Part shown: positions 49,031-49,229 of the stretch, piece by piece | Position numbering within the stretch: the first letter of the stretch is position 1 | Layout of the letters: every line of letters starts with the position of its first letter | Assembly: GCF_001194135.2 (NCBI RefSeq) | Contig: NC_068989.1 | Span: 84,345,675-84,394,903, forward strand | Direction of reading: 5' to 3' | Source of the DNA: Octopus bimaculoides | Taxonomy: Eukaryota | Length of the DNA stretch: 49,229 bases | Position numbers and translations under genes: made by a program | The notes under the pieces: model-generated | What the model was told of the DNA's origin: nothing | Database searches by the model: none | The model's input: the letters and a program-made list of their open reading frames with translations, nothing else

Positions 49031-49229
49031 TCACACAATAACTCTCAAGCGAGTTCTCACATTGTCATCTCAAAACATATTCTGCCTCTTCCTCTCTCCC
49101 TCGTTTCTGTTTTTATTTTTTGTGTGTTTTTTTTTTATTTCGTTTTGCTCTCTATTTTCAGCATTAACCAGTGAGGGTGGTGGTGGTGGTGGTGGTGGTG
49201 GCGGTGGCGGTGCAGGAAGAGGTTACACA

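Overview
AT-rich, microsatellite- and SINE-dense animal genomic DNA with nine assembly gaps. The repeat families suggest an octopus (coleoid cephalopod) draft scaffold; this is an inference. Nearly all ORFs in the supplied track are artefacts of microsatellites, N runs or repeats. Gene content: the C-terminal 93 codons of a torsin-family AAA+ ATPase (minus strand, 7187-7470, running into a gap) and a probable signal-peptide first exon of a secreted protein (minus, 3405-3477). Mobile elements: at least five SINE-like families, decayed R4/Dong-type LINE pieces, a decayed Tc1/mariner (DD37D/maT-like) transposon and several MITEs. Most striking observations: (1) a tRNA-headed SINE whose tail carries a Penelope-type minimal hammerhead ribozyme motif, present as a ~490-bp head-to-head palindrome plus a solo copy; (2) a long-TIR element inserted into a TTAGGG tract with a GGG duplication; (3) two R4/Dong 3' ends stacked in one (ATAC)n array. 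All calls are by eye; no searches were run.
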